From contig CBDFJR010000005.1 in assembly GCA_965248535.1 (NCBI GenBank), forward strand, positions 1,600,001 to 1,664,000: DNA of 64,000 nt, in the 5' to 3' direction. Position 1 is the stretch's first letter. Each line of letters opens with the position of its first letter. The translations under genes were made by a program, and so were the position numbers. The stretch comes from Phormidesmis sp. GTDB taxonomy: Bacteria > Cyanobacteriota > Cyanobacteriia > Leptolyngbyales > Leptolyngbyaceae. The notes beneath the pieces are model-generated. The model had not been told where the DNA came from, searched no databases, and worked only from the letters and a program-made list of their open reading frames with translations. This document shows, piece after piece, positions 9,472-20,424 of this stretch.

Positions 9472-11962
9472 ATGGGAAGAGTAGTCGGTATTGACCTGGG
9501 GACTACAAACTCGGTGGTGGCAGTCATGGAAGGCGGCAAGCCCGTCGTCATTGCCAACGCAGAAGGAATGCGAACAACGCCCTCCGTCGTCGGCATTAAT
9601 AAAGAGGGCGAACGGCTCGTCGGGCAAATGGCCAGACGGCAATCGGTGCTCGACCCTCAAAACACCTTTTTTGGGGTCAAACGCTTTATTGGTCGCAAAT
9701 ATGGCGAGCTTTCACCAGAGTCAAAGCGGGTGCCCTACACGATTCGCAAAGACGATGTGGGCAACATTCGGATTAAGTGTCCGCGGCTCGATCGAGACTT
9801 TGCTTCTGAAGAAATCGCGTCAATGATTCTCAAAAAGCTGGCAGATCAAGCCTCACGCTACTTAGGTGAACCGATCACCGGAGCCGTGATCACCGTTCCG
9901 GCTTATTTTAACGATTCTCAACGACAGGCAACCCGCGACGCAGGGCGCATTGCAGGGTTAGACGTGAAGAGAGTTCTGAATGAGCCAACCGCCGCATCGT
10001 TAGCCTACGGACTCGATCGGGGACAAAGCGAGACCATTTTGGTGTTTGACTTGGGCGGCGGCACTTTTGACGTGTCTATTCTCGAAGTCGGAGACGGGGT
10101 TTTTGAGGTCAAAGGCACGAGCGGCGACACGCAGCTAGGCGGCAACGATTTCGACGAAAAAATCGTAGACTTCCTAGCAGAAGAATTTTTAGAAAAGGAA
10201 AAAATTGATCTGCGGCGAAATCGGCAAGCCTTACAGCGACTCACCGAGGCGGCCGAAAAAGCCAAAATCGAGCTATCAGGAGTTGCCGTCACCGAGATTA
10301 ACCTGCCGTTTATTGATGCGAATTCGGACGGCCCTCTGCACATTGAAACGCGGTTGACCCGATCGCAGTTTGAAGGCTTTTGTGGTGACCTGCTTTCTCG
10401 GCTGCGCGGCCCTCTTAAACAAGCGTTTCGCGATGCGGGCATGACCCCGATGGATATTGACGACATCGTGCTAGTGGGCGGCTCGACGCGAATTCCGATG
10501 GTGCAGCAAGTTGTGCGATCGCTGATCAAAAAAGAACCCAATCAGAACGTTAACCCCGATGAAGTCGTCGCGGTCGGTGCCGCGATTCAAGCGGGCATTC
10601 TCGCCGGGGAAATCAAAGACATTTTGCTGCTCGATGTCACACCGCTCTCGTTTGGACTGGAGACGATCGGGGGCGTGATGAAAAAACTGATTCCTCGCAA
10701 CACCACGATTCCGACTCGGCGATCGGACACCTTCTCGACCTCAGAAGACAACCAGACGATGGTCGAAGTCCACATCCTGCAAGGCGAACGGGATATGGCA
10801 TCGGGCAATAAATCCCTCGGTCGCTTTAAGCTGATGGGCATTCCGCCTGCGCCGAGAGGCATCCCCCAAGTGCAGGTGTCGTTTGACGTTGATGCCAATG
10901 GCATTTTGCAAGTCACCGCGATGGATCGCACCACGGGGCGAGAGCAGAGCATCACCGTCCAAGGTGCTTCGACCCTGGGTGAAGACGAAGTGCGGCAGAT
11001 GATTCGCAATGCCGAAGAGTTTGCCGAAGTCGATCGCCTCCGCAAAGAAAAAGTCGAGAAACGCAATCGGGCTGAGGCGCTCACCTTTCAAGCAGAGCGG
11101 CAACTGCGAGAAGCCACCCTCGACTTTGGAATGCAGTTTGTCAGCAGCTACCGTTCTCGGATCGAGCCGTTAACTCGCCAACTGCGGGAAGCGCTGGCAG
11201 ACAACAACGATCGCGGCGTTGACATTGCCGAAGCCGACCTCAAAGACGCGCTCTATGATCTCAATCGCGAAGTCTATCAGCAAAATCAGGGTGACGAAGA
11301 AGGCGGATTTTTTGAGTCGATCAAGAATTTCTTCTTAGACGATGACGAAGATTACGACTACTACAACAACGATCGTCGTGATCCCTATGACTATGGCACT
11401 CGCCGCGATAACGGTTGGGATGCTCCACGTCGAGACTCCGGGAATCGAGACCCTTATGATGCTGGTCGCCGCGACTATGACGCGCCCAGACGTGACTCGC
11501 GAGATGGCTACAACTCAGTTCCCCGCGACTATCCCCCCAGTGAACCGCGCAACCGCGACAATAACCCGCCTAGACCCAACAACGATGGCAACGGAACCCG
11601 CGATCGTGGCTACGATGCCCCTAGACAAACCGACAACTACAACTCACCCAATCGAGATTCTCGTGATCCCTATAGTGACCGCGACTACAATGCTCCGAGA
11701 CGCAATCGCGACGATGAGCCGAGACCCGATCGCAACCCTCCCCCCTCTCGCTCATCTAGGGGTGACTCGACCGGAAACCGGAGCAGCGACACGCTCCCGA
11801 CGCAACAGTGACGATGTGCCCAAACGCAATTCTCAAAGCGACCCCTACGGCAACAGCGATTATGGAGCGCGTCGCCCCAACCGAGACGACCCGGCTAAAA
11901 AGCGTCCGAGTCGCCCCAACTACGATCGAGACAATTGGGATGACGAAGACGATTGGCTCTAA
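9472..11962 (+). CDS. dnaK: DnaK3-type Hsp70 with a long low-complexity C-tail; frameshift near 11790
   Basis: [17 protein letters not shown] and NPDEVVA motifs. The main frame stops at 11811, while the +1 frame carries the DnaK3-like terminus NWDDEDDWL to 11962. Confidence 0.9.
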
Positions 11963-12030
11963 AAACAACCAGGGTTAATTTGCCCTAAACTCAAACCCCG
12001 GACTTCAAACCTCAAACTCGCTCTAACGCT

Positions 12031-13032
12031 ATGCAGAATTTCCGAAATTATTATGAAACCTTGGGGGTTGAAAAAGATGCAACGAGCGATGACATTAAGA
12101 CGGCTTATCGAAAGCTAGCGCGGCGCTATCACCCCGATGTCAACCCCGGTGATCAGGCGGCTGAGGAAAAGTTTAAAGAACTCGGCGAAGCTTATGAAGT
12201 GTTGGGGGATGTCACCAAGCGATCGCAGTATGATCAGTTCGGCAAATTTTGGCAACAGCGAGGGTTTCAAGGAGCCGCCAGAGCCGCTAAGAATGCTTGG
12301 AATAAAGCGGGCAATAACGGCTCTCAAGAAGTCGATTTTGGCGAATATCGCAACTTCAATGATTTTGTCGATCAGTTGCTCAATCGGCGGGTGACCACCA
12401 ACACCACCAGCACCCGACCCCCGCAAGCCGATTACTACAAACCAGGCACGAGCAAAACTAGCTACACCGTTCCGAGTGCCCGATCGACAGCCTCTCGCCG
12501 CGATGCCGAAGCGCGACTGACCGTGCCCTTAGAAAAAGCCTACTCCGGCGGACGGGAGCGAATTCGGCTTGAAGATGGGCGATCGCTAGAGGTGAATATG
12601 CCTGCTGGCATGATCACAGGGCAAAGAATTCGACTCAAAGGGCAGGGGATGTCTGGCGGCGATCTCTATCTCAAAATCGAAGTGTCACCCCACGCATTCT
12701 TTAAGTTAGAAAGCTCTGATGTTGTGTGTCAGTTGCCGATTACACCCAGTGAGGCGGTGTTGGGTGGCGCGATCGAGGTTCCCACCCTCGACGGATTGGT
12801 GAAAATGACGATTCCGGGTGGGGTGCGATCGGGGCAGCGATTGCGATTGGCCAACAAAGGCTATCCCGAAATCGGCAGTGATGGGCGGGGCGATGCGCCT
12901 AAAGAACGGGGCGACCAGATCGTTGAGTTGCAAATCGTTTTGCCCAAAGAGCTAACGCCTCAAGAACGCGAACTCTATGAAAAGCTGCGCCAGTTAGAGA
13001 CGTTTAATCCTCGTGCAAATTTGCCCGTGTGA
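12031..13032 (+). CDS. dnaJ: Class II DnaJ (CbpA-like) co-chaperone
   Basis: J domain with HPD, no Zn finger, DnaJ C-terminal domain. Directly after dnaK. Confidence 0.92.
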   Translation: MQNFRNYYETLGVEKDATSDDIKTAYRKLARRYHPDVNPGDQAAEEKFKELGEAYEVLGDVTKRSQYDQFGKFWQQRGFQGAARAAKNAWNKAGNNGSQEVDFGEYRNFNDFVDQLLNRRVTTNTTSTRPPQADYYKPGTSKTSYTVPSARSTASRRDAEARLTVPLEKAYSGGRERIRLEDGRSLEVNMPAGMITGQRIRLKGQGMSGGDLYLKIEVSPHAFFKLESSDVVCQLPITPSEAVLGGAIEVPTLDGLVKMTIPGGVRSGQRLRLANKGYPEIGSDGRGDAPKERGDQIVELQIVLPKELTPQERELYEKLRQLETFNPRANLPV

Positions 13033-13096
13033 GATGGATGCTGCGATCGCCCAGTTCCTAGATTAGATTGAAAGAACTTGACACAAACCACAAACT

Positions 13097-13360
13097 ATGA
13101 AAAGGCTAGGGGAAATATTGACCACAGAGGTTAGTCAAGACGGACAAACTACAATTCCAGAGGATGTTCGTGAGTTGCTTAGTCTGCATCCGGGCGATCA
13201 AGTAGAGTTTGTGATTTCTGAAGATGGCAAAGTCTATCTTCAACCTGCAAAAATCGATGTTCGGCAGCTATCTGCAATGCTTTATAAGCCAGAGAGAAGA
13301 TCTCTTTCTATTGAAGACATGGATGCAGCGATCGCTCAGTGCGCTGGAGAATCAGATTGA
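13097..13360 (+). CDS. AbrB/MazE-family antitoxin
   Basis: VSQDGQTTIPEDVRELLSLHPGDQVEF swapped-hairpin motif. Stop overlaps the PIN gene start (TTGA). Confidence 0.88.
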   Translation: MKRLGEILTTEVSQDGQTTIPEDVRELLSLHPGDQVEFVISEDGKVYLQPAKIDVRQLSAMLYKPERRSLSIEDMDAAIAQCAGESD

Positions 13361-13767
13361 GAGGACTAGATACAAATGTCATCCTCCGGTATTTGCTACG
13401 GGATGACGAAGAACAATGGCAACTAGCTGATCACTACATCAACAATATTCTGGATGCGGCCGAGACTTGTTTTATTAATAATATCGTTCTCTGTGAACTA
13501 GTTTGGGTGCTGCGATCGGGCTATAAACTCAGCAGATCAGAGTTGATTAATGTAGTAGAAAAACTGCTAAGAACTAGTGGCTTTGTGTTTGAAAATCAAG
13601 AAGCGGCATGGTGGGCAGTTCAACAAATGAAACGAGGAGAAGCTGATTTTTCAGACTATTTAATCTTGAAGATCAATCAACAGATCAAGTGTGTAGAAAC
13701 TGCTTCTTTTGATGCCAAACTGCAAGGCATTGAAGGAATACGATCGTTGAAGATAGATAGAGATTGA
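13357..13767 (+). CDS. vapC: VapC-family PIN toxin
   Basis: GLDTNVILRYL, VLCELVWVL, DFSDYLI and SFD acidic PIN motifs. TTG start at 13357. Confidence 0.9.
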   Translation: MRGLDTNVILRYLLRDDEEQWQLADHYINNILDAAETCFINNIVLCELVWVLRSGYKLSRSELINVVEKLLRTSGFVFENQEAAWWAVQQMKRGEADFSDYLILKINQQIKCVETASFDAKLQGIEGIRSLKIDRD

Positions 13768-13811
13768 TCAATATCCAGTCCAAAACTGGTTATGCAGAAC
13801 TCGTGAAAAAG

Positions 13812-14454
13812 TCAGGAGTCAATTTGATTAGACCCTGATTCGTGGTTCTGGTTTGATGGCGCGAGAATTAGATTAATTAAGTTTGTGACTAAGCGATCGT
13901 AGTCCATTGGCATCACTTCTTTGCCGTGGAGAATATGCTGCACCAACATATGAGAGACAAGAGACCCGAAGAAAATTTGCGCGACGGCTTCAGAGTCAGC
14001 AATGCCAAGTTCTGGATGGGCCTCAAAGTATTGGCTGAGTAACTGTCGCCCTTGTTTAATCACCGTGGTTGTGAATAACTTTGCTAATTCTGGAAAGCGA
14101 TCGGACTCTCCAATAATCAATCGGATCAAACACAAATAATTCTGATCCGCGACTTTAGAACTGTAAATTTGGGCAATTTGCCTCAATAAAATGGCAGGCT
14201 CACCGCACAGACCGCTCCCGTCATAGACTTCTCGAAATCGGGAAAGCGTCATCCATTCTAATAACGCTTTGAACAGCCCTTCCTTATTGACAAAGTGGCT
14301 ATAAATCGTCTGCTTAGAAACGCTCGCTTCGGTGGCGACGCGATCCATGCTGGTGCCTGCATAGCCACATCTGAGAAACACGACGCATTGCCCCACGCAA
14401 AATCTGCTCTTGCTTGGGCGTGATGCTAAAAGGAACAACGTCTAGTGAGGTCAT
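13812..14454 (-). CDS. TetR/AcrR-family regulator; 1-nt frameshift near 14383
   Basis: ATG 14454 gives MTSLDVVPFSITPKQEQILRGAMR, then a shift to VFLRCGYAGTSMDRVATEASVSKQTIYSHF (TetR HTH). Confidence 0.88.
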
Positions 14455-14530
14455 GGAGCGCAGGATACATTGTCAATGGGCAGGAAGAATTATTTCTTAG
14501 CGTATTAACTTTTTCTAATGAGTATTGTTT

Positions 14531-14557
14531 AATCATACTAGACGGTCTAGTATGATT
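14531..14557. promoter_or_regulatory. Probable TetR operator
   Basis: Perfect palindrome AATCATACTAGAC-G-GTCTAGTATGATT between the divergent tetR and exporter genes. Confidence 0.8.
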
Positions 14558-14615
14558 TGTGATCTTGAAAGCATTTGACTTAATAGCGGCAATCCCTCTC
14601 TTTTGGCTCCTCATC

Positions 14616-15919
14616 ATGACTCAGCTTAGTCCCCAACCGACTGATCGACTGCCAGATTCACCTCCATCAAACCCTAAGAAAAGATCGATTCCTAAACCTC
14701 TATGGTTGTCCGATCGGGCTAGCGATCGCCGGAGTTGGCTACGGAATCTGGCGGTTGATGCCGCACCCAGAGCCAACGAGTTTGCATTTAAGTGGGCGGA
14801 TCGAAGGCTATGAGACTGACATCGGCGCAAAAACAGGCGGACGGGTGAATTTCATCGCGGTGCGAGAGGGCGATGAAGTCAAAAAAGGGCAAGTTTTGGT
14901 GCGAATCAACGACGAAGAAATTCAGGCCCAGCTAAGAGGCGCGATCGCCAGCGTGACTTCTGCTCAACAGCAGGCCCAGCAAGCGCAGTCTCAAATCGAT
15001 GGGATCGACAGCAAGATTCAAGAAGCCGGACTCAATCTCAAACAGTCAAAAGGCGATGCCAGTGGGCGCATTAGTCAGGCCCAGTCCACCGTTTCGGCGA
15101 CCAACGCTCAACTGGCAGAAGCGATCGCGCAAGTCAAACAGGCTGAGGCGCAGGTGAGACAAGCTCAATCGTCACAGAGATTTGCGGCCGTCGATCGCGA
15201 TCGCTATGCCCAGCTAGTGGCTCAAGGGGCCGTCAATCGCCAGCAGTTTGACCAGTCGCAAACCGCTTTTGAGACGGCTCAAGCTTCGGTCGAGACGGCT
15301 CAGGCGACCTTTTAGCGCGTCAAGCAGGGGTGAATGCGGCGCGTGATCAACTGAGGCGGCTGCAGGGCGGCTTTGCTCAAGTGCAGACAACGGGGCTAAA
15401 TCCTGATATTCGAGACGCGCAACTGTCGGGGTTTTATCAACAGCGCCAGCAGGCGGTGGCTCAACTCAAACAGGCAGAGGCCCAGATCAAAACGGCTCAA
15501 GAAAAGCAAAAAGAAATTCAGGCGCAGCTTAATTATTTGAATGTGATCAGCCCGATCGATGGAGTCGTCACGGCCCGCCCGATCGAGCCTGGGGCAGTCG
15601 TCGCCACGGGCAAAACGATGCTGACCGTGATGGATTTAACCTCGGTTTATCTGCGGGGCTATGTGCCAGAAGGCGAAATCGGCAAAATTCGGGTGGGTCA
15701 AGCTGCCCAGATTTTTCTCGACTCCAATCCCAATCAAGGGCTGACGGCGAGGTGTCGGCGATCGATCCCAAAGCGTCGTTTACGCCCGAAAATGTTTACT
15801 TTCGCAACGATCGGGTCAAACAAGTGTTTGGGGTGAAGTTGACGATCGACGATGCCAAAGGGTTTGCAAAACCAGGAATGCCAGCCGATGGAGAAATCAC
15901 TTTAGAGCCGACCCAATAA
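14616..15919 (+). CDS. HlyD/YbhG-type periplasmic adaptor, split by several frameshifts
   Basis: Successive frames give MTQLSPQP..., SGRIEGYETDIGAKTGGRV, a coiled coil, ISPIDGVVTARPIEPG and ASFTPENVYFRNDRVKQVFGVKL...KPGMPADGEI. Confidence 0.85.
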
Positions 15920-15950
15920 AGCACTCTGGAGGTTCCCAAGGATTCAAACC

Positions 15951-17961
15951 ATGATTCAAAAAACGTTAACCAACAGCCAGCTTGCAGAAGTCCAACCCCT
16001 AGATTCTGCCTGCTTCAGACGATGTGATTCGCGTGGTCGGATTGCACAAACACTATGGTCGAGTGGCGGCCGTTCGAGGCGTTGATTTCTCAGTGCGACG
16101 CGGTGAGGTTTTTGGGCTGATTGGGCCCGATGGCGCTGGCAAGACAACCACGTTTCACATTCTCGGCGGCGTGATGGAGGCGACCACCGGGGATGTGCAA
16201 GTCTTGGGACAACCGCCACGAGATGCCCGACTCAGCATCGGCTATCTGACTCAGCAATTTTCGCTCTATCTCGATCTCAGCATTGATGAGAATTTACGCT
16301 ACGTGGGCGGACTCAGACAAGTGCCCGATCGTCAATTCTCAGAGCGGCGCGACAAATATCTGCGACTGATGAATTTAGAGAAATTTGGCGATCGACTCGC
16401 CGGAGAGCTATCGGGCGGCATGAAGCAAAAACTTGCCTTGTGCTGTGCGCTCGTGTCTCAGCCTCAGGTGCTGTTGCTCGACGAACCGACGACGGGCGTT
16501 GATCCCGTTTCTCGGCGCGAGTTTTGGGATGTGTTGGCGGCGCTATCGTCTGAAGAAGGGGTGACGATCGTGGTGGCAACCCCCTATCTTGACGAGGCAG
16601 AACGCTGTAATCGCATCGCGCTGATGTATGACGGTCAAATTCAGCAAATCGGCACGCCAACTGAGTTGAGAAACAGTTTAGGATTGCATCGCCTCGAAGT
16701 GCATACACCCCAGTTGCAGGCGGCCGAGCAAGCGTTGACTGCGCCGTCTCAGTCCGACTCGATTGTGGATGTGCAGACCTTTGGCGATCGCTTAGATGTG
16801 TTGGTTAGCGATCCCCAAACCGGGGAAGCACAGGTGCGTGAATTGTTTCAGCAACATCACCTGCAAGCCGCCACGATCGAGCTTGCTGAACCCACCCTAG
16901 AAAATGTGTTTGTGACTCGATTGCGTCAGCAGGGATCGGCCCCGCAGTTTTTTGAGTTTCCGCGATCGCGGGGCGGCAACCGAGCCATCACGACGAATGC
17001 CCTCTCGGATTTTGCGATCTATTCTCACAACTTAAATCGGAATTTTGGCAGCTTTCAAGCCGTCAAAAACGTCAATGTCGAGGTGCGCTACGGCGAGATT
17101 TTTGGCTTACTCGGAGCCAACGGAGCCGGAAAAACCACCACGATTAAAATGCTGTGTGGGCTGCTGCCCGCAAGTTCTGGCGAGATTGCCCTCGGCGGAG
17201 AACGGGGAAATCTTCGCAGCAGCGAGTTAAGGCGACGCATCGGCTACATGAGCCAAAAATTCACTCTCTACGATGACTTAACCATTCTGCAAAACCTGGA
17301 ATTCTACAGCGGCGTCTATGGCGTGCCGCGCAAACTGAGACGTGAAAAAATTGACTGGGTGATCGCCACCTGCGGACTTGAAGGACGAGAATCTTTGATC
17401 ACCGGACAGCTTCCCGGCGGTTGGAAACAGCGCGTGGCCTTTGGTGCGTCGGTAATGCACGAACCCGACATTCTCTTTCTTGACGAGCCGACTTCGGGCG
17501 TTGATCCCCTCGCTCGTCGTCAATTTTGGAAGTTAATCAATGATTTTGCTCGCAATGGCACCGCGATTTTAGTCACGACTCACTATTTAGAAGAAGCCGA
17601 ACAGTGCAATCGCATGAGCTTTATGGTGGCGGGCGAAATCGTCACAGAAGGGTCGCCGAGCCAGATCAAAGCCGCCCAACCCGGACAGTTGATTGAGGTG
17701 ATCACCGATCAAACGCAAGCGGCTTCTAATTTACTCAAACAGCAGATGGAGTCTTGGCGAGTTTCGATCTTTGCCGATCGCTTACACATTGTCGTTGATG
17801 ATCCCGATCGGGATATTCCCACTCTGCGATCGCGCCTTGCCGCCGCCAATCTCACCGTTCAGTCTCTGCGGCCGATTCCCTTCTCGCTCGAAGATGCCTT
17901 TATTGGAGTCGTGCAGCGATCAGCGCAGAGCGCAACTCCAAAGGAACCGCAGCCATCATGA
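15951..17961 (+). CDS. ABC transporter ATP-binding protein with two ATPase domains (YbhF-like)
   Basis: GPDGAGKTT/LSGGMKQK and GANGAGKTT/LPGGWKQR. The likely start ATG 15951 is one base out of frame with the 16024 ORF. Confidence 0.92.
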
Positions 17962-19064
17962 AACGAATTCTGGCTCAGTGCACTAAAGAATTAGCGCAGT
18001 TTCGTCGCGATCGCCTCACGCTGGCCCTGGCCTTCATCTTGCCTGTGATGACGCTGTTTATCTTTGGGTTTGCGATCCGATTAGAGGCGAAAAATATCGC
18101 GATCGTGGTGCAAGATCTCGATCGCAGCAACCTCAGCCAGCGCTACACCGAGGGGCTATATCAAACCAATCAGTTTGTAGCCGTTCAGTGGCGGGGCAGT
18201 GACCCAGTGCGAGATGCGCTCGATCGGGGCATCGCCAAAGCCGCCGTGATCATTCCTCCCAACTTTAGTCGAGACATCACCGCCGACAAAACTAGTCCGC
18301 TACAGGTGCTGATTGATGGCACTGATGTCAACAATGCGCGAGTGATTAAAAACAGCATTCAAGCCTTCACGCAGTTTTTTTTGCAAGATCAACATCTTAG
18401 GTCGGGAACGAGCAAAATTACGCCACGAGTGCGTCTCTGGTTTAACCCAGGGCGGCAGGAATCGCTCTATATTGTGCCGGGCGTGTTTGGGGTGATTTTG
18501 GCGATCTATCCCTCCCTGCTGGCAGCGTTGGCAATGTCACGAGAAAAAGAACAGGGCACTATCTTGCAAACCTATGCCTCTAGCATCAGCGCGGCTGAGT
18601 TGCTGTTAGGCAAATGTCTGGCTTATTTTGTTGTGGGCATTGGGCAAGCGCTCTTTGTGATCGGCTTAGGGTGTGCAACGTTTCGCATTTGGTTTGTAGG
18701 GAATCCCACTTCGTTTTTAATCGGGACGGGTATTTTTTTGATCGCCAGCATTATGTTTGGTTTGTTGATTGGGGTTCGAGCTAATAATCGCAGCGTTGCA
18801 GTCCAGGGTGTGTCAACCGCAGGATTTTTATTAGCGCTGCTCTTATCGGGGTTTATCTATCCCCTGAGTAACATTCCGTTTCCGCTGTCTCTCGTCACCA
18901 ATATTGTTCCGGCTCGCTATTTCATTGAGATCAGCCGGGATGCCTTTGTGCGAGGCACAGGCTGGGCGGGCGTTTGGACGGCCCATCTCTGCCTGATAGT
19001 GTTAGCGTTTGTGTTGTTTAATCTCGCTCGTCGCGGGATGGGTCGAATGCAATTATCGGGCTAG
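17958..19064 (+). CDS. ABC-2 permease (YbhS-like)
   Basis: KELAQFRRDRLTL, WFNPG and REKEQGT motifs. Confidence 0.92.
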   Translation: MKRILAQCTKELAQFRRDRLTLALAFILPVMTLFIFGFAIRLEAKNIAIVVQDLDRSNLSQRYTEGLYQTNQFVAVQWRGSDPVRDALDRGIAKAAVIIPPNFSRDITADKTSPLQVLIDGTDVNNARVIKNSIQAFTQFFLQDQHLRSGTSKITPRVRLWFNPGRQESLYIVPGVFGVILAIYPSLLAALAMSREKEQGTILQTYASSISAAELLLGKCLAYFVVGIGQALFVIGLGCATFRIWFVGNPTSFLIGTGIFLIASIMFGLLIGVRANNRSVAVQGVSTAGFLLALLLSGFIYPLSNIPFPLSLVTNIVPARYFIEISRDAFVRGTGWAGVWTAHLCLIVLAFVLFNLARRGMGRMQLSG

Positions 19065-19101
19065 ATCGTGGATTAAGTCGGGCTGGTTGCTGACGTAGCT
19101 C

Positions 19102-19128
19102 ATAGGCACGGCGGTGCCACGCCCATAC
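19102..19128. repeat. Degenerate REP-like small dispersed repeat
   Basis: ATAGGCACGGCGGTGCCACGCCCATAC resembles the GTAGGGGCACGGCA..TGCCGTGCCCCTAC palindrome type. A related copy lies at 26257. Confidence 0.5.
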
Positions 19129-19155
19129 AGGTTGATTGTTAGAGGGGTTTGAGGC

Positions 19156-20277
19156 ATGAAGCTGCTGCATCGGTTGGTCGAAAGTCGTTTTTGGGCGTTG
19201 ACGGTTAAAGAAATCGGTCAGATTTTGCGAAACAAACAGTTGATCTTTCTGCTGGTGTTTCCGCCAACGGTGCAGTTACTCATTTTTGGGTTGGCGTTAA
19301 ACCCTGATGTGCAAAATCTCAAGTTGGGGGTGGTTGATTATTCCAACACGCCCATGAGTCGAGAGTTGGTATCCGCGTTGACCGCAAATGGCGTGTTTCG
19401 GCTCGATCGCTCTCCTCCCAATGAGCAGATTTTGGGTGAGCAAGTGCGGCGCGGCGACATCACGACGGGCCTTGTGATTCCACCGACGTTTAATCGCGAC
19501 CTCAAGAGTGATCACTCCGCAGAGGTGCAGGTTCTCATCGATGCGGTTGATGCTAACACTGCGGGCATTGCCAGTGGTTATGCGGCTCAGATCATCAATC
19601 AATTTAGTCAACAATTGGCTCCGCAGAGTTCAGCGGCGATCGTCACTCAAGCCACTATTCTCTACAATCCGGGTCTGGTTTCTAGCTGGTTTATCGTCCC
19701 CGGCGTTTTGGGACTGGTGCTCAATCTTGGTAGCTCTCTTGTCTCAACCGCAACCGTGGTGCGAGAAAAAGATACGGGCACGCTAGAGCAGTTATTGATG
19801 ACTCCAGCCGCCGCTTGGGAGATTATTCTAGCCAAAGTAGTGCCGCTATTTGTCTTGTTGTTAGGAGAAGTGATGCTGGCAATCGCCGTTGCCACGCTGA
19901 TTTTTCACGTCCCCTTTCGAGGGAACTTTTTCTTATTTATGGGCTTCTCAGGACTCTATATTTGCGTGGGCATTGGGATCGGGTTTCTCTTAGCCACGGT
20001 TTCGCGCAGTCAGCAGCAGGCGATTCTCACTTCGTTTTTTATCAATTTGCCGCTGATCCAACTATCGGGCGCGATCGCTCCCGTCGAAAGTATGCCGCGA
20101 TTTTTTCAGATCGTGTCGCTGTTTAACCCCCTGCGGCATTATGTCAAGATTGCTCGCGGGGTTCTTCTCAAAGGCAATGGGCTAGAAGTGCTCTACCCCG
20201 AAGCGCTCGCTCTGACTGCTTTTGCCATCGCTCTATTGACCATTAGCACCTACAAATTTCGGACGCAATTAAGCTAA
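19156..20277 (+). CDS. ABC-2 permease (YbhR-like)
   Basis: LYNPGL, VREKDTGTLEQLLMTP and APVESMP motifs. Confidence 0.92.
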   Translation: MKLLHRLVESRFWALTVKEIGQILRNKQLIFLLVFPPTVQLLIFGLALNPDVQNLKLGVVDYSNTPMSRELVSALTANGVFRLDRSPPNEQILGEQVRRGDITTGLVIPPTFNRDLKSDHSAEVQVLIDAVDANTAGIASGYAAQIINQFSQQLAPQSSAAIVTQATILYNPGLVSSWFIVPGVLGLVLNLGSSLVSTATVVREKDTGTLEQLLMTPAAAWEIILAKVVPLFVLLLGEVMLAIAVATLIFHVPFRGNFFLFMGFSGLYICVGIGIGFLLATVSRSQQQAILTSFFINLPLIQLSGAIAPVESMPRFFQIVSLFNPLRHYVKIARGVLLKGNGLEVLYPEALALTAFAIALLTISTYKFRTQLS

Positions 20278-20424
20278 ACTGCTTGGTTGATCGACAGCAC
20301 AAGCGTTATCCTGCTTAAGGCTGTTGATCTCAGATTTCTCTCTTAAAAAGATAGACTTTTGAGATTCAGCCTCATTTAGTTTGTAAAAGCCAGTTTTTTA
20401 GTCTGTGGGCTAACCAAGAACCGT

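Noticed and set aside
10005..11103. Long antisense ORFs to dnaK (similar ones occur in atpA, ispH and tolC)
   Set aside because: These are shadow ORFs from codon bias in conserved genes.
11342..11962. Independent Thr-rich 206-aa protein overlapping dnaK
   Set aside because: It is the +1 shadow of the repeat tail. Only its last ~55 codons are the true DnaK end.
14380..16030. Programmed frameshifting or phase variation
   Set aside because: There are too many scattered indels without consistent slippery motifs. Sequencing error is simpler.
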